DNA of 64,000 nt, from contig OZ024749.1 in the NCBI GenBank assembly GCA_964016885.1, positions 9,424,001 to 9,488,000 on the forward strand, given 5' to 3'. The notes below the pieces were generated by a model, which searched no databases, had not been told where the DNA came from, and saw only the letters and a list, made by a program, of their open reading frames with translations. This stretch comes from Eledone cirrhosa. Its lineage: Eukaryota. This document shows positions 1-12,020 of the stretch, piece by piece. A program made the position numbers and the translations under genes. The stretch's first letter is position 1; every line of letters starts with the position of its first letter.

Positions 1-1200
1 TCATAACTACTGTCATTAAACATCTATTACTACTGCTATAATTTATCATAACTACTGACATTAAACATCTATTACTACTGCTATAATTTATCATAACTAC
101 TGACATTAAACATCTATTACTACTGCTATAATTTATCATAACTACTGACATTAAACATCTATTACTACTGCTATAATTTATCATAACTACTGTCATTAAA
201 CATCTATTACTACTGCTATAATTTATCAGAACTACTGACATTAAACATCTATTACTACTGCTATAATTTATCATTACTGTCATTAAACATCTATTACTAC
301 TGCTATAATTTATCATAACTACTGACATTAAACATCTATTACTACTGCTATAATTTATCATAACTACTGACATTAAACATCTATTACTACTGCTATAATT
401 TATCATAACTACTGACATTAAACATCTATTACTACTGTTATAATTTATCATAACTACTGTCATTAAACATCTATTACTACTGCTATAATTTATCATAACT
501 ACTGTCATTAAACATCTATTACTACTGCTATAATTTATCATAACTACTGACATTAAACATCTATTACTACTGCTATAATTTATCATAACTACTGACATTA
601 AACATCTATTACTACTGTTATAATTTATCATAACTACTGTCATTAAACATCTATTACTACTGCTATAATTTATCATAACTACTGTCATTAAACATCTATT
701 ACTACTGCTATAATTTATCATAACTACTGACATTAAACATCTATTACTACTGCTATAATTTATCATAACTACTGACATTAAACATCTATTACTACTGCTA
801 TAATTTATCATAACTACTGTCATTAAACATCTATTACTACTGCTATAATTTATCATAACTACTGTCATTAAACATCTATTACTACTGCTATAATTTATCA
901 TAACTACTGACATTAAACATCTATTACTACTGCTATAATTTATCATAACTACTGACATTAAACATCTATTACTACTGCTATAATTTATCATAACTACTGA
1001 CATTAAACATCTATTACTACTGCTATAATTTATCATAACTACTGTCATTAAACATCTATTACTACTGCTATAATTTATCATAACTACTGTCATTAAACAT
1101 CTATTACTACTGCTATAATTTATCATAACTACTGACATTAAACATCTATTACTACTGCTATAATTTATCAAAACTACTGTTGTTAAACATATATTACTAT
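1..1200. repeat. 45-bp tandem repeat (minisatellite), ~26 copies, runs off the window start
   Basis: Unit TCATAACTACTG(T/A)CATTAAACATCTATTACTACTGCTATAATTTA recurs every 45 bp. One copy near 271 has a 3-bp deletion, and the last copy (1168-1200) is degenerate. Confidence 0.98.
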
Positions 1201-1413
1201 TGCTATGATGTAGCCCTCATAGTAGCCATGTGCAACTTCTTTTTCCATCTCTAAGGATCTTTACCCTATTTTGTAAGCTATTTATAGCAACTGACTGCAC
1301 TTACAGTTATTTTTTGTGCTTGCACATATTACATTTACTATAATATTTATAAAACTGTTTATTCTAAAGAGTATATCATCATTCTCATCAACATTTCCAT
1401 TTAGTGTCAATTA

Positions 1414-1578
1414 TTCCATGCTTGCATGGGTTAGATGGGTCGTCCATGCTGGGAGGCAAGTCTGGCCATGGTTGGCCATGACACACCCTGCTCTGGCGAG
1501 AACTATAAATTTGACCAGGTATTTTACAGCTGGATGCTCTTCCTAACACCAACCACATTTACAATGTGGGACTGGATG
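1414..1578 (-). mobile_element. Remnant of an RTE-LINE 3' UTR, or a SINE carrying an RTE-type 3' end
   Basis: TTCCATGCTTGCATGGGTT and CAGGT..TTTACAGCTGGATGCTCTTCCTAACACCAACCACATTTACAATGTGGGACTGGA closely match the 3' UTR of the RTE at ~34732-34873 in this window. Confidence 0.85.
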
Positions 1579-1645
1579 GCTCCGTCATGAGGAGGGACAG
1601 GCCTGTTGGCCATGCAGAACCCCTCTCACAATGGAACCAGTTTCG

Positions 1646-1758
1646 GAGCATGACCCATCTCACAGCGGAGCCATAGTTTTGGAGCCTGGTACTGGAAGGC
1701 ACCGATACAAGGAGCCTGACCCATCTCACAGCATAGCCACCGGTTTTGGGGCTCGGTA
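1646..1758. repeat. Two-copy direct repeat with ~65-bp spacing
   Basis: GGAGCATGACCCATCTCACAGC..AGCCA..GTTTTGG at 1646 and GGAGCCTGACCCATCTCACAGC..AGCCA..GTTTTGG at 1711. Confidence 0.8.
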
Positions 1759-1802
1759 TAATTTTACATAAGAACCTTTAAGTTGTTTCAAACACCACCT
1801 TA

Positions 1803-1996
1803 ATAATTGTTTCTACTTTTGGCACAAGGCCAGCAAATTACCCAGTGCATTACTGGTACTTTATTTTTATCGACCCCGTAAGGATGAAAGGCAAAGTTGA
1901 CCTCGGCAGGATTTGAACTCAGAATGGAAAGGGCCGTAACTCTATGCATCAAAGCATGACGTCCGACCCTCTACCGATGCTGCCAATCCACCGCCT
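1803..1996 (-). mobile_element. tRNA-derived SINE (octopus-type), near full length
   Basis: The minus strand reads GGCGGTGGATTGGCAGCATCGGTAG (head, A-box-like), then CTGAGTTCAAATCC (Pol III B box), then the conserved central block GCCTTTCATCCTTACGGGGTCGATAAAAATAAAGTACCAG. TTAATAAT occurs on both flanks. Confidence 0.88.
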
Positions 1997-2006
1997 TAAT
2001 AATGAC

Positions 2007-2150
2007 TAGCAATTTGGAGGGAAAAGAATGTTGATTATATTAGCTCCAGTATATAACTGGTACTTTAGTTTTAAATTTTGGAAGGATAATAGGCAAAGTT
2101 GATCTCAGTGGGATTTGAACTCAGAATATAAAAAGTCATAACTAAATACT
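2007..2150 (-). mobile_element. tRNA-derived SINE, diverged copy
   Basis: CTGGTACTTT...GGCAAAGTTGATCTCAGTGGGATTTGAACTCAGAA: the same B box and central block as the copy at 1803-1996. Confidence 0.8.
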
Positions 2151-2173
2151 TCAATTATCTCTGATGCTCTATT

Positions 2174-2262
2174 CTATCAACCCCGTAAGGTAAAGCAGGA
2201 TTTGAACTCAGAAAATAAAGGGGCATAACTTTATGCCACTAAGCAAGATGTCCAACGCTCGA
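2174..2262 (-). mobile_element. tRNA-derived SINE, internally deleted fragment
   Basis: TATCAACCCCGTAAGG...GCAGGATTTGAACTCAGAA...ATAACT..ATGC..CTAAGCA.GATGTCCAAC matches 1868-1968 with a gap. Confidence 0.7.
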
Positions 2263-2502
2263 TTACGGGAGAAATTTACTAAATCACTCAAAATTCTTGA
2301 TTATTTTCAAAATGATTTTATAGGCAGGGTCTTTCATGAGAAATAGTCAAATGAAATGATTAAGGTATGACATAAAAAAGGGGATAGAAACAGATATTTA
2401 TTTCAATAAAGAGGACTATTGATTTTTCACATTGGCTATCAATAAAGCCAGATATTTGTTGGAAAGTCATTGATTGTATTGATTCAATTCTATGATAGAA
2501 AT

Positions 2503-2645
2503 AATGGTTTCTGATTTAAGCATATGACCAGCAATATGTGATGGGAGGGGAAAATCAATTAAATCGACCCCAGTGTATTACTGGTACTTTATTTTATCAA
2601 CCCTGTAGGAATGAAAGGTAAAGCTAACCTCTGCGGGATTTGATC
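2503..2645 (-). mobile_element. tRNA-derived SINE fragment (body to B box)
   Basis: ATCGACCCCAGTGTATTACTGGTACTTTATTTTATCAACCC...ATGAAAGGTAAAGCTAACCTCTGCGGGATTTGA, same family as above. Confidence 0.82.
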
Positions 2646-2662
2646 GAAATGATAAAATATTA

Positions 2663-5600
2663 TTGATTATGTCAATGACACCTGGATTTGTATGGTAGAG
2701 ACAAAGACACAGGGTTGATTATGTCAATGACACCTGGATTTGTATGGTAGAGACAAAGACACAGGGTTGATTATGTCAATGACACCTGGATTTGTATGGT
2801 AGAGACAAAGACACAGGGTTGATTATGTCAATGACACCCTGGATTTGTATGGTAGAGACAAAGACACAGGGTTGATTATGTCAATGACACCTGGATTTGT
2901 ATGGTAGAGACAAAGACACAGGGTTGATTATGTCAATGACACCTGGATTTGTATGGTAGAGACAAAGACACAGGGTTGATTATGTCAATGACACCTGGAT
3001 TTGTATGGTAGAGACAAAGACACAGGGTTGATTATGTCAATGACACCTGGATTTGTATGGTAGGGACAAAGACACAGGGTTGATTATGTCAATGACACCC
3101 TGGATTTGTATGGTAGAGACAAAGACACAGGGTTGATTATGTCAATGACACCTGGATTTGTATGGTAGAGACAAAGACACAGGGTTGATTATGTCAATGA
3201 CACCTGGATTTGTATGGTAGAGACAAAGACACAGGGTTGATTATGTCAATGACACCTGGATTTGTATGGTAGAGACAAAGACACAGGGTTGATTATGTCA
3301 ATGACACCTGGATTTGTATGGTAGAGACAATGACACAGGGTTGATTATGTCAACGACACCTGGATTTGTATGGTAGAGACAAAGACACAGGGTTGATTAT
3401 GTCAACGACACCTGGATTTGTATGGTAGAGACAATGACACAGGGTTGATTATGTCAATGACACCTGGATTTGTATGGTAGAGACAAAGACACAGGGTTGA
3501 TTATGTCAACGACACATGGATTTGTATGGTAGAAACAAAGACACAGTGTTGATTATGTCAACAACACCTGGATTTGTATGGTAGAGACAAAGACACAGGG
3601 TTGAATTTGTCAACGACACCTGGATTTGTATGGTAGAGACAAAGACACAGGGTTGATTATGTCAACGACACCTGGATTTGTATCGTAGAGACAAAGATAC
3701 AGGGTTGATTATGTCAATGATACCTGGATTTGTATGGTAGAGACAAAGACACAGGGTTGATTATGTTAACGACACCTGGATTTGTATCGTAGAGACAAAG
3801 ACACAGGGTTGATTATGTCAATGACACCTGGATTTGTATGGTAGAGACAATGACACAGGGTTGATTATGTCAACAACACCTGGATTTGTATGGTAGAGAC
3901 AATGACACAGGGTTGATTATGTTAACGACACCTGGATTTGTATGGTAGAGACAAAGACACAGGGTTGATTATGTCAATGACACCTGGATTTGTATGGTAG
4001 AGACAAAGACACAGGGTTGATTATGTCAATGACACCTGGATTTGTATGGTAGAGACAAAGACACAGGGTTGATTATGTCAATGACACCTGGATTTGTATG
4101 GTAGAGACAAAGACACAGGGTTGATTATGTCAATGACACCTGGATTTGTATGGTAGAGACAATGACACAGGGATGATTATGTCAATGACACCTGGATTTG
4201 TATGGTAGAGACAAAGACACAGGGTTGATTATGTCAATGACACCTGGATTTGTATGGCAGAGACAATGACACAGGGTTGATTATGTCAATGACACCTGGA
4301 TTTGTATGGCAGAGACAATGACACAGGGTTGATTATGTCAATGACACCTGGATTTGTATGGTAGAGACAAAGACACAGGGTTGATTATGTCAACAACACC
4401 TGGATTTGTATGGTAGAGACAAAGACACAGGGTTGATTATGTCAACGACACCTGGATTTGTATGGTAGAGACAATGACACAGGGTTGATTATGTCAATGA
4501 CACCTGGATTTGTATGGTAGAGACAAAGACACAGGGTTGATTATGTCAACGACACCTGGATTTGTATGGCAGAGACAATGACACAGGGTTGATTATGTCA
4601 ACGACACCTGGATTTGTATGGTCGAGACAAAGACACAGGGTTGATTATGTCAACGACACCTGGATTTGTATGGCAGAGACAATGACACAGGGTTGATTAT
4701 GTCAACGACACCTGGATTTGTATGGCAGAGACAATGACACAGGGTTGATTATGTCAACGACACCTGGATTTGTATGGTAGAGACAAAGACACAGGGTTGA
4801 TTATGTCAATGACACCTGGATTTGTATGGTAGAGACAAAGACACAGGGTTGATTATGTCAATGACACCTGGATTTGTATGGTAGAGACAAAGACACAGGG
4901 TTGATTATGTCAATGACACCCTGGATTTGTATGGTAGAGACAAAGACACAGGGTTGATTATGTCAATGACACCTGGATTTGTATGGTAGAGACAAAGACA
5001 CAGGGTTGATTATGTCAATGACACCTGGATTTGTATGGTAGAGACAAAGACACAGGGTTGATTATGTCAATGACACCTGGATTTGTATGGTAGAGACAAA
5101 GACACAGGGTTGATTATGTCAATGACACCTGGATTTGTATGGTAGGGACAAAGACACAGGGTTGATTATGTCAATGACACCTGGATTTGTATGGTAGAGA
5201 CAAAGACACAGGGTTGATTATGTCAATGACACCTGGATTTGTATGGTAGAGACAAAGACACAGGGTTGATTATGTCAATGACACCTGGATTTGTATGGTA
5301 GAGACAAAGACACAGGGTTGATTATGTCAATGACACCTGGATTTGTATGGTAGAGACAAAGACACAGGGTTGATTATGTCAATGACACCTGGATTTGTAT
5401 GGTAGAGACAATGACACAGGGTTGATTATGTCAATGACACCTGGATTTGTATGGTAGAGACAAAGACACAGGGTTGATTATGTCAATGACACCTGGATTT
5501 GTATGGTAGAGACAAAGACACAGGGTTGATTATGTCAATGACACCTGGATTTGTATGGTAGAGACAATGACACAGGGTTGATTATGTCAACGACACCTGG

Positions 5601-8230
5601 ATTTGTATGGTAGAGACAAAGACACAGGGTTGATTATGTCAACGACACCTGGATTTGTATGGTAGAGACAATGACACAGGGTTGATTATGTCAATGACAC
5701 CTGGATTTGTATGGTAGAGACAAAGACACAGGGTTGATTATGTCAACGACACATGGATTTGTATGGTAGAAACAAAGACACAGTGTTGATTATGTCAACA
5801 ACACCTGGATTTGTATTGTAGAGACAAAGACACAGGGTTGATTATGTCAACGACACCTGGATTTGTATGGTAGAGACAAAGACACAGGGTTGATTATGTC
5901 AACGACACCTGGATTTGTATCGTAGAGACAAAGATACAGGGTTGATTATGTCAATGATACCTGGATTTGTATGGTAGAGACAATGACACAGGGTTGATTA
6001 TGTTAACGACACCTGGATTTGTATCGTAGAGACAAAGACACAGGGTTGATTATGTCAATGACACCTGGATTTGTATGGTAGAGACAATGACACAGGGTTG
6101 ATTATGTCAACAACACCTGGATTTGTATGGTAGAGACAATGACACAGGGTTGATTATGTTAACGACACCTGGATTTGTATGGTAGAGACAAAGACACAGG
6201 GTTGATTATGTCAATGACACCTGGATTTGTATGGTAGAGACAAAGACACAGGGTTGATTATGTCAATGACACCTGGATTTGTATGGTAGAGACAAAGACA
6301 CAGGGTTGATTATGTCAATGACACCTGGATTTGTATGGTAGAGACAAAGACACAGGGTTGATTATGTCAATGACACCTGGATTTGTATGGTAGAGACAAA
6401 GACACAGGGTTGATTATGTCAATGACACCTGGATTTGTATGGTAGAGACAATGACACAGGGATGATTATGTCAATGACACCTGGATTTGTATGGTAGAGA
6501 CAAAGACACAGGGTTGATTATGTCAATGACACCTGGATTTGTATGGCAGAGACAATGACACAGGGTTGATTATGTCAATGACACCTGGATTTGTATGGCA
6601 GAGACAATGACACAGGGTTGATTATGTCAATGACACCTGGATTTGTATGGTAGAGACAAAGACACAGGGTTGATTATGTCAACAACACCTGGATTTGTAT
6701 GGTAGAGACAAAGACACAGGGTTGATTATGTCAACGACACCTGGATTTGTATGGTAGAGACAATGACACAGGGTTGATTATGTCAATGACACCTGGATTT
6801 GTATGGTAGAGACAAAGACACAGGGTTGATTATGTCAACGACACCTGGATTTGTATGGCAGAGACAATGACACAGGGTTGATTATGTCAACGACACCTGG
6901 ATTTGTATGGTCGAGACAAAGACACAGGGTTGATTATGTCAACGACACCTGGATTTGTATGGCAGAGACAATGACACAGGGTTGATTATGTCAACGACAC
7001 CTGGATTTGTATGGCAGAGACAATGACACAGGGTTGATTATGTCAACGACACCTGGATTTGTATGGCAGAGACAATGACACAGGGTTGATTATGTCAACG
7101 ACACCTGGATTTGTATGGCAGAGACAAAGACACAGGGTTGATTATGTCAACGACACCTGGATTTGTATGGCAGAGACAATGACACAGGGTTGATTATGTC
7201 AACGACACCTGGATTTGTATGGCAGAGACAATGACACAGGGTTGATTATGTCAACGACACCTGGATTTGTATGGCAGAGACAATGACACAGGGTTGATTA
7301 TGTCAACGACACCTGGATTTGTATGGTAGAGACAAAGACACAGGGTTGATTATGTCAACGACACCTGGATTTGTATGGTAGAGACAAAGACACAGGGTTG
7401 ATTATGTCAACGACACCTGGATTTGTATGGTAGAGACAAAGACACAGGGTTGATTATGTCAACGACACCTGGATTTGTATGGCAGAGACAATGACACAGG
7501 GTTGATTATGTCAATGACACCCTGGATTTGTATGGCAGAGACAATGACACAGGGTTGATTATGTCAATGACACCCTGGATTTGTATGGCAGAGACAATGA
7601 CACAGGGTTGATTATGTCAATGACACCCTGGATTTGTATGGCAGAGACAATGACACAGGGTTGATTATGTCAATGACACCCTGGATTTGTATGGCAGAGA
7701 CAATGACACAGGGTTGATTATGTCAATGACACCCTGGATTTGTATGGCAGAGACAATGACACAGGGTTGATTATGTCAATGACACCCTGGATTTGTATGG
7801 CAGAGACAATGACACAGGGTTGATTATGTCAATGACACCCTGGATTTGTATGGCAGAGACAATGACACAGGGTTGATTATGTCAATGACACCCTGGATTT
7901 GTATGGCAGAGACAATGACACAGGGTTGATTATGTCAATGACACCCTGGATTTGTATGGCAGAGACAATGACACAGGGTTGATTATGTCAACGACACCTG
8001 GATTTGTATGGTAGAGACAAAGACACAGGGTTGATTATGTCAACGACACCTGGATTTGTATGGTAGAGACAAAGACACAGGGTTGATTATGTCAACGACA
8101 CCTGGATTTGTATGGTAGAGACAATGACACAGGGTTGATTATGTCAACGACACCTGGATTTTTATGGTAGAGACAATGACACAGGGTTGATTATGTCAAC
8201 GACACCTGGATTTGTATGGTAGAGACAAAG
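2663..8230. repeat. 52-bp tandem repeat array, ~107 copies
   Basis: Unit GATTATGTCAA(T/C)GACACCTGGATTTGTATGG(T/C)AGAGACAA(A/T)GACACAGGGTT; successive starts at 2665 and 2717. Some units are 53 bp (extra C). Confidence 0.98.
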
Positions 8231-8269
8231 AAATAGCTGAGAATTATTGCTGATGACCAACATAAATTC

Positions 8270-8935
8270 TACTGAGTCACAGATAGACCACCAGATAGAT
8301 GACCTGATAGACCACCAGATAGATGACTTGTTAGACCACCAGACAGATCACTTGATAGACCACCAGACAGATGACTTGATAGACCACCATAGAGATGACT
8401 TGATAGACCACCAGATAGATGACTTGATAGACCACCAGATAGATGACTTGATCGACCACCAGACCGATGACTTGATAGACCACCAGACCGATGACTTGAT
8501 AGACCACCAGATAGATGACTTGATAGACCACCAGATAGATGACTTGATAGACCACCAGATAGATGACTTGGTAGACCACCAGATAGATGACTTGTTAGAC
8601 CACCAGACAGATCACTTGTTAGACCACCAGACAGATCACTTGATAGACCACCAGACAGATGACTTGATAGACCACCATACAGATGACTTGATAGACCACC
8701 AGATAGATGACCTGATAGACCACCAGATAGATGACCTGATATACCACCAGATAGATGACTTGATAGACCACCAGATAGATGACTTGATAGACCACCAGAC
8801 AGATGACTTGATAGACCACCAGACAGATGACTTGATAGACCACCAGGCAGATGACTTGATAGACCACCAGATAGATACCCTATTAGATAGATCACAGACA
8901 GACTACAGATAGAACACAGATAGAAGACCTGATAG
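8270..8935. repeat. 24-bp tandem repeat (ATAGACCACCAGATAGATGACTTG), ~25 copies, GATA-related
   Basis: Direct periodicity. It accounts for the overlapping repetitive ORFs (IDHQIDDL)n, (GGLSSHLS)n and (VVYQVIYL)n. Confidence 0.95.
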
Positions 8936-8967
8936 AGCACAAACAGGCTATAGATAGTCTACAGATA

Positions 8968-10263
8968 ATTTTCTTTTTATTTGCCACCAGGGCAGCAAAA
9001 AGTGGGACAAGTACAATGGGGGCAGTTTACATAACAAGGCGTCCTCAATAAGGAGGAGGCAATAACAAAATATAAAAATAAAATAAAATATAACAAAATA
9101 AATTTTATAACAAAATCCTCCATAGGGAGGAGGCTCCTTGGGGGGTCGCACACACCCCCGAAAAAAAGTGTGCAACCCTTCTCCTCAGGAGCACAGAGAG
9201 GGGGTGCTCCCTTGATCTTTCATCTTCCTCACCTATAGTCTGATGTAGAGTGAAGGCCCATTCACACGGGCCATTCTCGCCACTTTCACCCATCTTTCAT
9301 AAAAACGGCTGGGGTGCAACACCTCTCTCTCCATCCTGATCCTTCTTCCGAAATGATATCAGAAGAAACGGACCAGTTGTTGGCCAGAGAGAAAGGTGTC
9401 TGACCTCAGTCCTTTCAGACGTGTCCACCATACAACCTCTTTCGCCATGGCTCTTACGCACAGAAACACCGCCTCTCCTTCATTTTTGAAGAGGGGAGGT
9501 GGCTTGATCGTTACAATAGACTCGGTGGTCAACCGGATCGGTCCCACTCTTGACAGCAGTTGTTCGACATAGCCCCACAGATCGGCAATGCCCCAGCAGT
9601 GTACCAATGTGTGTGCAATGTCTTCCTCCATGCCTAGGGCTTCTCCGAGGGCGTCGTCGCACCTGCTAACCACCAGCCCTCTATAGAATGACGAGGTGGA
9701 TTCTCCACTGACAGCCGGGTCTGCCTGCCAGAGAGCCGTGAGTGCCTGGGCACACTCGGTGTGCCAGGCGCCCAGTTTTCTCGGTCTTTGCTTGACCCAG
9801 TATTGCAGCTCGGTGAGTGAGATGAGTCTGGGAAAGGCTCGCCTCACAAACGGGGCCCACACCGGTTGACCGGTAAGGAATACCTGGAGGTGCCGTAGCC
9901 TTAATGCATGATTACGTATCATTAACCACAGTATCCCCAGCCCTCCTTTCGAAGGGTGTTGACAGCAGATGGATCTCCTCACCATAGGAGCCCGCTTCTT
10001 CCAAAGGAATTGGAAGAGTGCGCGCTCCATTTTGGCGAGCGTTTCCCTTGGGCAAGGCACAACGGTCAGGCGGTAGTAGATGACGGACGCTATATAAGTG
10101 TTCGCCACCTCCGCCCGACCTTTCAGGGACAGTTTGCACTCGGCCCACTTCTGGGTCAGTGCAAACACCCTGTTCATTACCTTACCTCAGTTCTTCTCCA
10201 CCTGGAGGTCTGGTCCGAACCAGACCCCGAGCAACTTCACCGGGCCCTCCGTCCAGCGCCCGA
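8968..10263 (-). mobile_element. 5'-truncated L1-group (Tx1-like) non-LTR retrotransposon
   Basis: GC-rich island with an A-rich 3' end (T-rich at 8969-8982 on +) and an ORF2 C-terminal remnant. It interrupts the GATAGACC-type repeat. Confidence 0.88.
9233..10261 (-). pseudogene. Tx1/L1 ORF2 C-terminal remnant (end of RT, thumb, partial CCHC zinc knuckle)
   Basis: One frame reads VKLLGVWF...EKN*...W...LSLKGRAEVANTYIASVIYY...KGGLGI...EDIAHTLVHC...LW...FF*YHF...FYERW. In-frame stops lie at 10187-10189 and 9359-9361. The CxxC half of the zinc knuckle is missing, implying an internal deletion. Confidence 0.85.
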
Positions 10264-10640
10264 ATAGATGACCTGATAGAGCACAGATAGACTACAAGTA
10301 GATCACTACATTTAACTGATGTCATATATCATATGGTCAAATTCTGCTGAGTGATTGATAGACGACCAGATAGACCACAAGATAGACTATAGATAGATTA
10401 CAGATTGACCTCAGATAGACTACTGGTAGACTTCCAGATAGAGCAAAGATAAACCACCAGATAGAGCACAGATAAACCACCAGATAGAGCACAGATAAAC
10501 CACCAGATAGAGCACAGATAAACTATAGAAAGACCACCAGACAGACCATATGTAGACAACAAATAGATTACAGATAGACTATAGATGTACCACCAGATAG
10601 ACTCAAGACAGACATCAGATAGATCACAAATAGACCATCA
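10264..10640. repeat. Degenerate AGATAGACCAC / AGATAGAGCAC low-complexity repeat, continuing the 24-bp array family
   Basis: Repeated 11-12-bp CAGATAGACCAC-like words, including a short perfect 23-bp triplet around 10435-10520. Confidence 0.85.
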
Positions 10641-11032
10641 GCTCTAACTGGTGTCATACATTACATAACTAATTTTCCATTCCTATTTTACATTCTCTGG
10701 ACATTAATACAATCTACACAGATACAAGTAACTGTCAAAGACACTTAACTCTCTCAAATGTTATTTTAAATTGGTATTGATTTATTTGGTCATTCTTAGA
10801 CAAACTATCTGGTAATATAAATATATATGTGTGTGTTTGTATGTGGAGAGAGAGAGATTGCGCTAATTATAGAGGAATCTCCTTGTTTAACCTCCCAGTA
10901 AAGTCTGTGTTAATGTCTGGCAAAAAGATGGGATATAAGTCCAAGTTAGCTGATGAGCTGTGTGGTTTTACCCTGGACATACCACAACTGACCAAATATT
11001 AACTTTGCAGCAGGCCTTTTAGAAATAGTGGA

Positions 11033-11615
11033 ATACACCACTACTACACCACACCACCACTATGCTACACCACCACAACACTACACCACACCACACTACA
11101 CCACCACCACTACGCTACACCACCACAATACTATACCACCACTACACCACACCACACAACACTACACTACACCACAACACTACACCATCACTACACTACA
11201 CCATCACTACACTACACCACCACTACACTACACCACTACACCACACAACACTACACCACCACTACACTACAACACTACATCATCACTACACCACAATACT
11301 ACACCATCACTTCACTACACCATCACTACACTACAACACCACTACACTACCCCACCCCACTACACTACACCACCACTACACTACCCCACTACACTACACC
11401 ACCACTACACTACCCCACTACACTACACCACCACTACACTACCCCACTACACTACACCACCACTACACTACCCCACTACACTACACCACCACTACACTAC
11501 ACCACCACTGAACTACCCCACCCCACTACACTACACCACCACTACACTACCCCACTACACTACACCACCACTACACTACCCCACTACACTACACCACCAC
11601 TACCCTACCACCATC
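11033..11615. repeat. (CACTA)/(CAC) compound simple repeat with a local 25-bp period
   Basis: ACTACACTACACCACCACTACACTACCCC-type repeats. These account for the T/H/P/Y-rich ORFs at 11028 and 11062. Confidence 0.92.
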
Positions 11616-12020
11616 ATACAACCCATTAACCTCAAACAATACACGACAGCTTCAACAGCTGCAGCCATCACCATTTACTTATAACAAAATATAAAACGTT
11701 TTTAAAAATTCATGTAAAACTAATGTTTCTAGACTAATATTTATAGAGTGACTTATAAAGTGTGAGTGAGGTGACATAGAATATTATTTCTGGAGGAATA
11801 ACAGGAGTAAAGAGATCCACGCGATATGGTGGACTTTTTTCTGACTTCATCAAAACATGTTATTAATTTGAATTTCAAATATTTATGACATGGAAATTTG
11901 AAAACAGTAAATAAAAATCTAATTAAATAGTTTGGTATTGAAACCTTCAGTATTTGGTCATGAGAAGAAAGGAAGTAGGTGTAGAAGCCAAACTCGTTAT
12001 CTTCAATTCTGTAAACTGTA

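Noticed and set aside
1900-1996. tRNA gene
   Set aside because: A and B boxes are present but there is no cloverleaf, and the sequence is attached to a multicopy SINE body.
8948-10267. Small alternative ORFs at 8948, 9105, 9480, 9912 and 9956
   Set aside because: They are off-frame or antisense readings of the GC-rich Tx1-like element.
11028-11684. Thr/His/Pro/Tyr-rich ORFs (extensin- or mucin-like)
   Set aside because: They are translations of a G-poor (CACTA/CAC)n simple repeat that rarely forms stop codons and is open in multiple frames.
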